From the human T2T-CHM13v2.0 reference genome, Homo sapiens, in the NCBI RefSeq assembly GCF_009914755.1, contig NC_060928.1: 64,000 nucleotides of DNA; one strand, given 5' to 3'. The position numbers were made by a program, and so were the translations under genes. Numbering within the stretch: position 1 is the first letter of the stretch; every line of letters begins with the position of its first letter. Positions 13,815 through 25,590 of the stretch are shown piece after piece. The notes under the pieces were generated by a model. That model saw nothing but the letters and a program-made list of their open reading frames with translations, made no database searches and was not told the origin of the DNA.

Positions 13815-14180
13815 AATATTCATTAAATGTCCCTTATATTCTAAACACTGCTAGGTATTATCTTTATGAAATAGACACACATTAGTTGAATAAGGAATAA
13901 TTGAATTTGCACAAACAAATATATAATTATCTCTATGGTAAGTATATAAAGCAAAAGTAAATGGTGAACTATGAGCATATACTAGAGGGTTTTGACGTTA
14001 TATGAAAAGTCTGGGAAGGCTTCCATAAGGAAATGGCAACTGAGCTGAGATCAGAAAATAGGGAGTAACTATGTAAACATACAAGGAAAAATATTACAGG
14101 AGGAGGGGATAGCATGGGCAAAGACTCATGTGGCAGAAATCAACAGAGATAGCAGCCAATATGGCTGGAGCCATAAAAAT
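13815..14180 (+). mobile_element. L2 fragment
   Basis: ATATTCATTAAATG...GGAAGGCTTCC...GAGCTGAGA...AGCATGGGCAAAG pattern typical of the L2 3' region; orientation label tentative. Confidence 0.5.
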
Positions 14181-15664
14181 ATCTTTTGGGGTAAAAAATT
14201 TACACCGGAGTTTTAAGTGACTCAGATTCATCATCTACATCATTTATGTGATCCATCTAGTATTTATGCAATTTGTTGTTCATTTCTATCAACCTGATGA
14301 AGCAGGTCATGAAGGTTTTAAAAGCATTTTAATGGAGCCAGTGCAATGTAATCTGGGATCTTTAGTGTCCAATGACTCAAGGCATCAGCATTTCTAGGCT
14401 TATATATGACCCTATAGTCATATGCATCCAGCAAAAGTTTCTAGAACTGCGAAAGTGGTAACCTCAGAGCAAAGGCATATTCTTGCCAGAGGAATAACAA
14501 TGAAAGTTACCAAAAGGGTTTCTTCATCAAGCTTTGTGTGTTTAGTGTAGTGCCACTGTTATTATTCTTGAGAAAAAGGTTGTTGATACTTCAATGAGAC
14601 CTGGCATTTTATGGCAAGACCTTCCCTACAGAAGAAAAAAAAAATGATTAGAGGAACCAGAAGGAAAAAAAATGTTAGAGGCCATTGTAATTGACTAAGG
14701 CAGTCGATAAAGTCGAGTAACAGCTGTTATTCATGGAAAGTATCTTCATTATGGTGAGTCCAATTTCACAGAATTTCTTTTCCAGTGGGCAAAGAAATAG
14801 TTCCATGATATTTACAGTTGGGAGGAAAAAAGAACAGAGAAAATAGTCATGAAAGAAAGATTCTTGTTTCTGGGTATGTGTACAATGAATTGTGCATATC
14901 TTATTTTATATGGTAGGGGCAGGTAGGGAGGAAAGGACATGGTAAATAGAAACAGCACTAGTGCAATAACCAAATATACTTATCATGGAAGGTAGCATTT
15001 TTCATTTCTCTCTTGTTCATTTAGATGTCAAAATGTTGTATTAAAATGTAGATGTTTCTAAAGTCTTTCTACTAGCTCATCTTTTATTGATTTCATTAAT
15101 TGACATTGCTCTACCTAAAATCCAAGAAATGATGATCTCTCCGATACATTGAAAAATTCCAGGGAGAACAAATTTCTGGTATTTTATATCATAATGCCCT
15201 TCTGTGAGTAAAGGTCATATGATTGTTTGCAGTAGTGTCATCAATAATTAGCTATTAGTAAGTCTGAGCAAAGTGATGTTTTGGAAGATGCTTTCCCAGC
15301 AAAAACCTCAAGAAATGTTTGGTTAAGTGTACTGCTTAAATATCTTTTTTTACAAATCACTTGATGTCTTAATAAAATGTTGCTCTTTAATTCAGATTCA
15401 GTAACCTGCCCCTTTAATATAAATTACTGGTGCAATATGTAACAGAGTTTTTTGACTGCCTACTCTAGTCCTTGCTGACAGAACTTTCATTTGGATAGGG
15501 GTGGGAGGCTGTTTCCTTCTCCCCAGCATGACTTAAGTAGACACTGATTAATTAAAGCTTGTCACAGTACTTTCATTTCCCTTGTCAATGATTGTTTTTT
15601 GCAACCGAGTTCTGGCCAGTTAAACAAAATGGGAGTCTGCTGGAGAAATTCTGGAAAAGGTTAC

Positions 15665-16041
15665 TGTTATGGTTTGGCTCTGTGTCCCCACCCAAATCTC
15701 ATCTCGAATTGTAATCCCCACATGTTGGAGGAGAGGCCTGGTGGGAGGTGACTGAATTATGGGCGGACTTCTCCTTTGCAAGTGAGTTCTAGTGAGTTCT
15801 TGCAAGATCTGAATGTTTGAAAATGTGTGGCACTTCCACCTTTGCTCTCTTTCTCTCCCTCTTCTCTCTCTCCTGCCATCAAGTGAGACATGTCTTGCTT
15901 CCCCTTTGACTTCCACCATGAATGTAAGTTTCCTGAAGTCTCCCCAGCCATGCGGAACTGTGAGTTAATTAAACCTCTTTTCCTTATAGATTACCCAGTT
16001 TTAAGTAGTTCTTTATAGCAGTGTAAAAACGGACTAATACA
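15665..16041 (+). mobile_element. THE1 (C/D) solo LTR inserted into an older MLT1 LTR (~15430-16330)
   Basis: TGTTATGGTTTGGCTCTGTGTCCCCACCC...GGACTAATACA with perfect 5-bp TSD GTTAC (15660-15664 and 16042-16046). Confidence 0.92.
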
Positions 16042-16342
16042 GTTACCTTTCTGATTAAAAGGGCAGCAAGATATCTTCTTCCTGACATTGTTAAATTTGG
16101 ACATGACATAACTATCTTATGACAATAAGGAATACTATCTTAAGAACAAGCCAACACATTAATGATGATAGAAATATGAACTTGGGTCCCTGATAATATC
16201 GTTGAAGTATTAAATTAACCAGTCTTGAAGACACCCTATCTCTGAATTCTTTCTGTATAAGAGCATATATTTCCCTTATTGTGTAAACTAGTTAAGTAGG
16301 GACTTTTGTTTCTTGTAACAGAGAACATGCCAAATAACACAA

Positions 16343-17444
16343 TGTAAATGAGTTTGAGGATAAAATTGGGGAAATATAAATTAAAAACAAAATCTTCTGG
16401 CAACGAAGAAAAGTTCTCCATAAAAACAGAAAAGAAAGAAAACAGTTTTACTATTGAATAATCATTAAACCAAAATGTGATGTGTATCACAGGCAATCCA
16501 CTAAGAGATTGCAAAAACAGAAACAAATCTCACCCTTTTATATAGCCAGGCAGAAACAACCCGTTATGTACATGTTTTCAAGATAAATGATCACTAGCCT
16601 TCAAGTAAGAAGACTAAACAACACCTATTATTTGTCACACATAATTCATCTTAAATTCACCTGGTATTTGGGGTGACCATCTGTGTGAGCTAAATTGGCT
16701 TTATACAAAGGAAAAATAAACTTCTTAAAACTTTATCACAGGAGATAGTTTTGCAATTTGGAGCAAGGCATCTGGTGGAGTTAGGCTCTGATTTTCCCAC
16801 AGAACCTGGGATGTAGGAGCTCTATCTTTCTATCATTCTGGATAGTACATTTCAAAGAGATGGCTTCCAGGTGCTTGAGGAAACATTCTTGGGTTGTAAA
16901 ATTGGCAAGAGGCTTATTTAGCTTTTAAAAAGATTTACATACATCTCAATGGGGGCAAAGAAAGAATTCACAATTACAAGTGTTCTTAAGTAATAGAAAG
17001 CAGAAGGATGATTACCAGAGGCTGAGAAGTATAGTGGGGGGAAGGGGGTTAGTTAATGAGTATTAAAAAAAAATGAATAAGACCTAGTATTTGATAACAC
17101 AACAGGGTGATTGTAATCAATAATAATTTAATTATACATTTAAAAAGTAACTAAAAGAGTATAATTGGATTGCTTGTAACACAAAGGATAAATACTTGAG
17201 GAGATGGAGACTGCTTTCTACATGATGTGATTATTACACATAGCACACATAGCATGCCTGTATCAAAACATCTCATGTATGTACACCTACTATGTACCCA
17301 CAAAAAATAAAATTGAAAAGAAACAAAAAACAAGATTTGTAAGTAAATGCTCTAGGAAAAGAGATTGGAAGGGGCACTTCTTTCTCTTTCTTGCACTGGG
17401 GAGAATTAAATCTCTTTCTTACTTGTGATTTTATTCACTCTTAC
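16343..17444 (-). mobile_element. ERV1-type LTR interrupted by an L1MA 3' fragment (~16993-17330, + strand)
   Basis: TG...CA termini. The L1MA 3'UTR block GAAGGATGATTACCAGAGGCTG...TATGTACCCACAAAAA is homologous to 5600-6590. Confidence 0.55.
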
Positions 17445-17970
17445 AACAAAGAGTTGTTATAGTTATAGTTATCTCATGAAGTCCTTGAGCATTTGCCCAC
17501 TCACAGTCCTCACTCATGCCCTCCAGCCCCCTCAGCCAGGATATCCCTTACTTAATTCTCAGGCAGCTCAGGTTGAGGGTATAGTAATGTGATTTTGGTA
17601 GGCAGCTGGAGGAGTTGGGCGGAAAGAAGGAGGGAAGGGAATGACTGGCCTTTAATTCCGGTGGAGTTTGTGTCTTACTAAGGAACCATCTTCATGTCTT
17701 GGTGGCACATGGCCTTGTGCTCACAGGGCCTGTGAGCACAGCTGTGCATTTACTGCTTTACATCGAGGCCAGCCAAGGGGGTGAGAGGGGCTAGAAGCCC
17801 AAATCCAGCCCATTCTTCCCTCACTAAGCCTTGTCCCCAGACGAAGGTGCACCTGCTTCTTCACACAAAAGTGTTATGTGGTTGCCAAGTCTTTAAGCCA
17901 AGGGAGTATGTCCCCATCCACCACCCTGGCCCTCTACCCTATATTCTTAGTGATTAAAGCACATTCAGGA

Positions 17971-18660
17971 TGTATTAGTTTTCCGGGGCTGCTACAATGA
18001 AGTGTCATGGACTGGGAGGCTTAAACAAGAGAATTTTATTTTCTGGAGGCTGGAAGTTGGAGATAAGGTGTCAGCAAGTTTGGTTCTTTTTAAGTCATCT
18101 TTCCTTGGCTTGCAGATGGCTGCCTTCTTACTGTGTCTTCAAATGGTCTTCTCTTTGTATGTGACTGTTTCTTAATTTTTTCCTCTTATAAGAACACCCA
18201 TCGTGTTGGATTAGGGCCCACTCTTATGACCTCATTTTAACTGAATTGCTTCTTTTTCTTTTTTTTTTTTCTGAGACAGAGTCTCTCTGTTGCCCAGGCT
18301 GGAGTGCAGTGGCACAATGTCAGCTCACAGCAACCTCCGCCTCCCAGGTTCAAGCAGTTCTCCTGCCTCAGCCTCGTGAGTAGCTAGGATTACAGGTGTG
18401 CACTACCACACCTGGCTAATTTTTGTATTTTTAGTAGAGACAGGGTTTCAGCATGTTGGCCAAGCTAGTCTCGATCTCCTAACCTCGTGATCCGCCTGCC
18501 TTGGCCTCCCAAAATGCTGGGATTACAGGTGTCAGCCACCAAGCCCGGCCCTGAATTACTTCTTTAAAGACCTTATCTCCACATACAGTCACATTTTCGA
18601 GTTCTGTGGGTTAGGACTTCAACATATAAATTTTGGAGGGACTCAACTGGTCCATAACAA
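17971..18660 (-). mobile_element. MLT1A-type LTR split by AluS (18253-18550, minus)
   Basis: TGTATTAGTTT...CTGGAGGCTGGAAGT start; the Alu is flanked by a TGAATTrCTTCTTT TSD. Confidence 0.85.
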
Positions 18661-18769
18661 AGGGCAATCTCTTTATTGTATTCTGGAGGTAAACAGATAT
18701 TTAAAAATCCATTTTATAGGTAGACAAAATGAGGCCCAAAGCAAAGCAGGAATTTCCTGTGGCCTCATA

Positions 18770-18965
18770 CTTAGGAGTAGCGGCTTTGGCGTCTGACCAA
18801 TCTAGGTTCAAATTCTGGCTCTATCACGTCCAGCTGTGGTCAAACCACTTATTTCACCCAAGCCTCAATCTCCTAATCTATAAAATTAAGACTAATAATA
18901 TATACTTCATGGTGTGACTATGAGACTAAAATAAGAAAATATATGTAAAGCACTTAGAAATAGTA
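18770..18965 (+). mobile_element. MIR
   Basis: GGTTCAAATTCTGGCTCTATCAC...GCCTCAATCTCCTAATCTATAAAAT...ATGTAAAGCACTTAGAA. Confidence 0.75.
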
Positions 18966-19129
18966 AATCTATTTCTAAGATTTCTAATGATCAAACCTAG
19001 TTTGATCATTGCTAAAAATAACTGATAGCCTTCATTTAGTATTCCAATCAGATGTTGCAGGTAGATGTTAAAGGATTTTTTTAAAAAGTAAAGTCATGAC
19101 TCCCATACAAATATAAAATAAGCACATAT

Positions 19130-19418
19130 CTCACGCCTGTAATCCCAGCACTTTGAGAGGCTGAGGCGGGCAGATCACGAGGTGAGGAGTTCGAGACCAG
19201 CCTGACCAACATGGTGAAACCCTGTCTCTAATGAAAATACAAAAATTAGCTGGGCGTGGTGGTGCGCACCTGTAATCTCAGCTACTCAGGGGGCTGAGGC
19301 AAGAGAATCGCTTGAGCCGGGAGGTGGAGGTTGCAGTGAGCCGAGATAGTGCTACGGCACTCCAGCCTGGCAACAGAGCGAGACTCTGTCTCAAAAGAAA
19401 AAAAAAAGAAGAAAAAAA
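19130..19418 (+). mobile_element. AluS, slightly 5'-truncated
   Basis: Alu body with TSD AAGCACATATC on both sides. Confidence 0.95.
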
Positions 19419-20305
19419 GCACATATCAAATATATTATTTAACTCATTAATGAAGAAACCAGTAAGAAGATATAACCAGCTCAAAAGTACACATTAATCG
19501 GCTATTGGGGATGCTGAAATGAATTTGCAAACAGATAGAAAACTGTCAATATCCACAGAGCCATAGCCAGTTTTATTCTACATGAAAATATTCCTTGGCT
19601 TTTCTTTGAGGAAAAATCATTTTCATTACTGAGTTATAAAATTGTTAAAAGACTGAAGTCTCTGACCCCCTGTAGAACCAGATGACCTGGAAGGTGTGCT
19701 AGAAAGGATGTCCAGTGATCTTTACTTTTTTTCCATTCTTTCACAATTTTTCCTGATATAAAGGATTAAATTTCCTTATTAGTAAAATGAAAGATTTGGA
19801 GTAGTGATTTTTGAGACCCTTTCAGTTCCAACATGCTGACTCCGATTCCTTGCCCATTGTCTTTTTGTGTGCATAAAGGCTCGTGGAATCTTTTGTTGTT
19901 ATGTTAGAACTATTGTAGTCATTTGTACTAGTTGAAATCAGCCATAACTATGAATGCATTCCTTATGCTTTCTCTGTGTAAAAATAAAATCAAACCAAGA
20001 TCCTACTTAATTTCCAGTTACTCTTAGGGTCTGTGTGTGTGCCCACACAAGTGTCAATGGAAGCAGAGCCTGAGAGCAGGCATTCCAGGTGTATTTGTTT
20101 ACCTACTGCTACCTAAGGAAGACACTTGGTAACTTGGTTAATATGACAAACCAGGAAAATATTATGTAGACTTTGCAGATGGTAAAATTTAGGATGCAGT
20201 TAATCAAGATTTCTCTAATTCTTATAGGCTTTGATCTGCAGGGCAAATATAGCAGATCTTCCTGAGACTGCTTTGGGATAATTGAGGTGGTCATAGTAGT
20301 GTTGG

Positions 20306-20777
20306 TGCAGGACAGTTCTCTAGGCAGCCTTGGACTGGCCCAGTTCTCTCCCTTTTTCACTTGCAGTTCTCAATAATAACTGCAGAATGTGCTGGGAATG
20401 CACCATCCTGAGATAAGGGAGGAGCTGGCCGGAACAGCCTGGGCTCTGTTCCAGGCCTTCCCACGGACAGCACAGGATGTCCTCCACACTTCAGCCCAGT
20501 GTGTCATGTGACCCTGAAGTATATCACCTGGGGCAGGCTGCCTTTCAGAGTCCCTTTCCTGCGTTGCAAGTAAGGGAGCACAGTCCATGTTCCGTCCATC
20601 CTGGCCAGCTTTCTTGGGCCTTGAGGGAACAGCTCACAGTGAATCCGGATTCTGTTGTCCTTTGCTGCCTGTTGGTGAGTAATAAACCCTCTTCACATAA
20701 CTCGTTGTGTGTGTGGGTGCTCTGCCTCACTGGGCTCAGACAAGTTGGTAACCGGTGCGCAGTAAAACTGCTTCACA
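20306..20777 (+). mobile_element. ERVL solo LTR (LTR32-like), 472 bp
   Basis: TG...CA termini, 5-bp TSD GTTGG/GTTGA, TATA-like GTATATCA at ~20519 and AATAAA at 20681; CTGAGATAAGGGAGGAGCTGGCCGGAACAGCC is typical of LTR32/LTR47-group LTRs. Confidence 0.75.
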
Positions 20778-22195
20778 GTTGAGGATGTCCAAATTGGTGT
20801 TGGAGCTGGTGGAGCCCATGTTAGGTAATGAAGGAGGATGGAAGGAGATGGAAGTGTGATTTTGTTGTTGTTTATTTCTCCTCTATTAGACTCTAAGCTC
20901 TAAACTTTACAGCAGTGGAGAAGAGGGTCAGAAGCTTATAAGTTATGTAATTTGATGCTTAATAAATGTTTGTTGAATGATTGAACTACTTCTTCCTTTC
21001 TCTAAACATAGAGCCCATGTAACCTAAAAAGCTCTTGATCTACTAAGCTTTTAGAAAACCTACCATAGTTAAAGGCATAAAAGCATGAGTAGTGATGCTG
21101 TGTGGCTGATATATTTTGAGGATAAATCTTCTGCTTTGTAGATTTTGTCAGGTAAAACCCTACTCAGTTTAGAAATCAACATCAAAACTTTTTTATTTAA
21201 ATTTGTTTATTCTCATTTAAATAATCTCATTTTAACTAAAAGGATATTCTTGATGGTAAAACATGAAAACAATCACATTTCTTTGTTTTAATCTTCCTTT
21301 TCTTTCATCCTAGTCATTTCTGTAGAAACAGAGGCTGAAATGACTGGGTAGCATTATGGAGGATTTCTGGTAATAATAACACCTACACAGTGTGCTGCAG
21401 GAAATAGCGAGTCCATACCCGATAATTATGACGTGATGAATCATAGAAGAATTTAGGAGCATTGAGACTGAGTGTTGAAGATTTACATTCCAAATATATT
21501 TTTATTGCACCTATAACATAACTTACGGATTCAAGGAGAAAAATGTCAAAAGACCTACGTTTTATACATGCACATGTACACATTTATGTCTGTCTACATA
21601 GATCTAGACATGCACAAATGTGGGGTAAGCAAGGAGCAGGAAGTGGACATGGAGGATGAGGTGGTGAGAGAAGATAGTGATTTTTCATTAATAGTGATGA
21701 ATACCTCTAATGTGGAAGTCAAGTGACAGTTATTCATTTATTCTATCATTGAAATAACCCTGAGAAGTAGGCACTAGTGACACCACTTTATAGATGAAGA
21801 GAATGAGACTCAATAGTAAGTAGCAGAGCCCAGTTTTGAACCAAGATAAGCCTGGTTCCAAAGCAGATAGGACACATCATAAGACCTTTCCTGTTGTTCC
21901 TGAACTGCAACTAGGACCCCAAACTAAAGTAAAAATCCAGTGAGTACCTCCACATTTTAAAATCAGAGATCTGCCAGAAGCTGGAGCTTATCACATTCTC
22001 CTGGGGCTTCAAGCAGCATGATTGCTCCTGCCACTAATCCCAAGCTTCTCCCATCTCTGCTTCCTGTCCGCTGAAAGGACTGAAAGGAAAAGAGGTATAG
22101 CTTTCCTCTCCCCAAAGCTCATGGAAAGGGAGAAAAAAAAGCAACCAGAATTTCTTCTAAAGATCCAGGTGCCTACAAGAAGAGGAAACAATATA

Positions 22196-22398
22196 TTTTT
22201 TTTAAGACAGGGTCTTGCTCTGTCACCCAGGCTAGAGTGCAGTTGCATAATAACAGCTCACTGCAGCCTTGAACTTCTGAGCTCAGGCGATCCTCCTGCC
22301 TCAGCACCCACAGTAGCTGGAACTACAGGCACATGCCACCAGCTAAGTTGTTCAAATTTTTTAGTAGAGATGCAGTCTTGCTCTGTTATCCAGACTGG
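22196..22398 (-). mobile_element. AluJ, partial
   Basis: AGACAGGGTCTTGCTCTGTCACCCAGGCTAGAGTGCAG... (antisense Alu). Confidence 0.85.
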
Positions 22399-23189
22399 AG
22401 ACCAGCATTTTTATCATCATAATGGGGATTTGCTTCAAGAGTGGACATGTTGCTTAACCCCCATGTAACTGGAATAGGAGCAAAGAGATCTGGAGAGAGA
22501 GAGCATGGTGAGGTCCAAGGACCACTCTGTTCTTAATTTGTCAGTCTCTATTAGAAGATGGATCCTATATGTGCCTGCTGACCTAACACTTTGCTGAAAA
22601 ATGAGAATTAGGGCTAGTCTTGGACAATGTCTGCAGGGTAGGCTATGTGTATATTGGAAAAGAGGATGCTGGCTAAGAGGCACATGCATTGCAGGCTAAA
22701 TGCCATCAACTGGGCCTGCCTGGAATAGAAGGCCAAGCCTGGCAAAGGAGAGCCAGTGCCTAAGGAATCTTCACCCAAATAAACCCTTTATTCGCAAAGG
22801 ATGTTAGCACCTCCTCATCAGGATGTTGACTGCATTGAATAGAAATGCATCATGGCCAACCAAGAAGAGGTCTGTAAGTCTGCCCTTCCTCCCTCATCCC
22901 CACTTGAAATTAGGAAAAGAGGAGGAGAAAAATGGATACAGAACAGATCTTTTGAGGCAGAACTACCCTGAGTTAGAGGAAGAAGAAGACAAACTTTCAA
23001 TGAGTTTGAGGACAGGACTGAATATTATATAGGAGAATTAGAATGTTTTAATAACCAAAACGGGCTAAAAATTTGTAAAAATTTTGTTCCACAATTGTTA
23101 TAGTAAAGTATAAAACTTTTATATTTATACCATCCCAATAAAAGCAAGCATAGTCACCAAACCAGTTACTTATCATTCTCTCCTCTTGC

Positions 23190-23474
23190 AATCCTGATTA
23201 GGTAGGGAGCCAGAGGCATATCGCCAGCTCCCTCTCTCTTCCTTGTTTGCTGTTTCCAGAGGAAGAGGAGGGGCTGGTTGGTTAAAGTTTATTGGGTCTC
23301 CTTTCCTAAGTGGGCAGAATTGCTGTATTGAAAGGCTATGAGGACCTGCCACTATCTTTCAGGTCTGTGTCCTCCCACACAATGTTTGTCTTCATGGACT
23401 TGGATTGCCCTGCAGTCTCTCTCTCTCTGCCTCGTAATCCTGATTAGGTAGGGAGCCAGAGGTATATCGCCAGC
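23190..23474 (+). repeat. 39-bp direct repeat (23190-23228 / 23436-23474) flanking a ~207-bp copy of ~26097-26300
   Basis: Direct comparison of the sequences; 1 mismatch between the two 39-mers. Confidence 0.92.
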
Positions 23475-23504
23475 ACTTCATGGCCCTTCTTAAGACTTTC
23501 CAAG

Positions 23505-23670
23505 CCAAGGGTAGTGGTGAATAGCTGTAGTCCCAGCTTCTCAGGAGGCTGGGGCAGGAGGATCACTTGATCCCAGAAGTTTGACGTTAGAGTGAGCTAT
23601 GATGGTGCCACTGCACTCCAGCCTGGGCAACAGAGTGAGATCCCATCTCTTAAAAAATAAAAATTAAAAA
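23505..23670 (+). mobile_element. FRAM / right Alu monomer
   Basis: TGTAGTCCCAGCT...GGAGGATCACTTGA...CCACTGCACTCCAGCCTGGGCAACAGAG, then an A-tail. Confidence 0.85.
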
Positions 23671-23914
23671 TAGACTTCCCCAATTAATTGGAATTTTTCA
23701 AAGCTGGTGAGAAGGTGCACATGCTTCCCATAGTACCTCCCTTGGTGCTTCTGTCTCTGTTGGGCATCCACTACCCATTAACCTGACTTAATAGGAAAGT
23801 TCCTAGCTAGCTCTACTTGCCACAGCTCTGAGATGAAGAAATAGGGATGCAGCAACCACTGCAGGACTAGTGGATCAAACTTTTAAAATTCAAATTCAGG
23901 AAAATCTTGAGTCT

Positions 23915-24258
23915 TTTATTTTTAATTAATTAATTTATTTATGCATGTATTAATTAATTTATTCATTTATTTATTGAGACAGAGTCATACTCTGTTGCCC
24001 AGGTTGGAGAGTGGGGTGCAATGATAGCTCATTGCAACCTCAAACTCCTGGGCTGAAGCCCTTTTCCTGCCTCAGCCTCTCGAACAGCTGGGACCACAGG
24101 CTTGCATCACCACACCCAGAAAATTCTTAATTGTTTTTGTAGAGACGGTATCCCACTGTGTTGCCCAGGCTGGTCATTAACTTTTGGGCTCAAGTGATGC
24201 TCCTGCCTCAGCATACCAAAGTGCTGGGATTACACGTGTGAGTCACCATGCCTGGCCA
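23915..24258 (-). mobile_element. AluJ
   Basis: Diverged antisense Alu with (TTTA)n tail. Confidence 0.9.
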
Positions 24259-24299
24259 GGTCTTGAATCTTTAAATGGCAGAGTTAAGCACTGTGCCTT

Positions 24300-24821
24300 T
24301 GCAAAGCATGCCACTCAAAAGGTAACAGTAAAACAGCAAAAGAACTAACACAACTAACTCCATTTTTAAGGGGCTTCCCCATTCTTACATGTAAACTAGG
24401 ATAATTTTAGAGCACTGAGATAAAATGCAAAAACAATAATCATGCAGTTTTAAAAACTAACTCTGGGATTAAAGGAAAAGTATATAAACAATTGGCTACG
24501 TTTTGTTAAAGACTTACAGGATCACTGTGACCTGACCAAGGACAAAGAAGATCCCAACTTCCTTGGACCCTAGCTGGCGCCCAGATGCCTGCAATCATCA
24601 TCATCTCTTGATCCAAACCACCTTTTCTTCCTCATATTCGCCTCCCATAAAAACCCTCTTGCCAGGCAGGAAAATATAAGACGGTACTTTAGAAGTTAAG
24701 TTCTAAGCTAGTTCACCATTTTCTCCGTTTTGCTGGCTTTATGAATAAGCCTGCTTTTTCTGCCACTAATTCTTCTCTCTCATGTTTGGCTTTTGATCAG
24801 CCAAAGCTGGGTTCAGTTACA
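24300..24821 (+). mobile_element. ERV1 solo LTR (MER4 group, subfamily uncertain)
   Basis: AACTAACTCCATTTT, CATAAAAACCC TATA-like box, GAATAAGCC poly(A)-like motif, 3' end GGGTTCAGTTACA. Confidence 0.6.
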
Positions 24822-24913
24822 AAGAGCTTGCCCTGTTTCTTTGCCCTTATCCCCAAACATGGACACCTGACTCTCCAGGTAGAACTAATTTGAGTCCATT
24901 GGGCTCATAATCA

Positions 24914-25590
24914 TTGTGGTAGATTGCATAATTGACTTCAATTCCAAGCCAGCCAGGAACTTTCCCATCAAGTCAGCCCCTTCCTGTGTCCACAGCCATT
25001 TCAGTGAACCTTGCAATTCTTCCCACTAACAAAGCAGAATATATTTCTTCACACCTTAACTTTGGGTTCAGCCATATGACTTGGTTTGGGCAACTGAAGG
25101 AAGTGGAAATGACAAAGTACCATGATGAGCTTAGGCCTTAAGATGCCTTGAATTTGCTTCATGCCCTCTTGCACATCTGCTCTCACCATAAGAAGAACTT
25201 CCGCGAACATTCTGTCCCCTCAGCCTAAGCACAAGAATGAGCACATTGGAAGCCAACCTGAGCCCAAATCATTGTGAGCAGCCAAGACTACCTGGATACA
25301 TAACTTGAAAGGGTGCTGCCCAGATAGCTCAGCCTCAATCAGTCAGCCCTCAGACACGTGAGTCATATAAATAGTTTTTATTTTAAGCCACTGAATTTTG
25401 GGGTAGGGCTTAAGGTACCAAAAGCTAATTGAGGCCAGGTGCGGTGGCTCATGCGTGTAATCCTAGCACTTTGGGAGGCCAAGGTGGGAGGATTATTTGA
25501 GCCTAGGAGTTTCAGACCAGCCTTGGCAACACAGCAAAACCCTACCTCTACCAAAAACAAAACAAAAAATTTCTAAAGCTAACTGATAAA
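24914..25590 (+). mobile_element. MLT1 LTR with FLAM insertion (25432-25570)
   Basis: TGTGGTAGATTGC...TTTTAAGCCACTGAATTTTGGGG...AGCTAACTGATA; FLAM flanked by AAAGCTAAyTGA. Confidence 0.75.

Noticed and set aside
18986-19010. 11-bp inverted repeat AATGATCAAAC-cta-GTTTGATCATT
   Set aside because: Short and AT-rich, at a MIR edge, with no supporting context; bacterial terminator logic does not apply to human DNA.
23190-23474. Repeat-spacer-repeat pattern resembling a CRISPR unit
   Set aside because: Only two repeats, a 207-bp spacer of local origin, no cas genes, and eukaryotic context; explained as a templated insertion.
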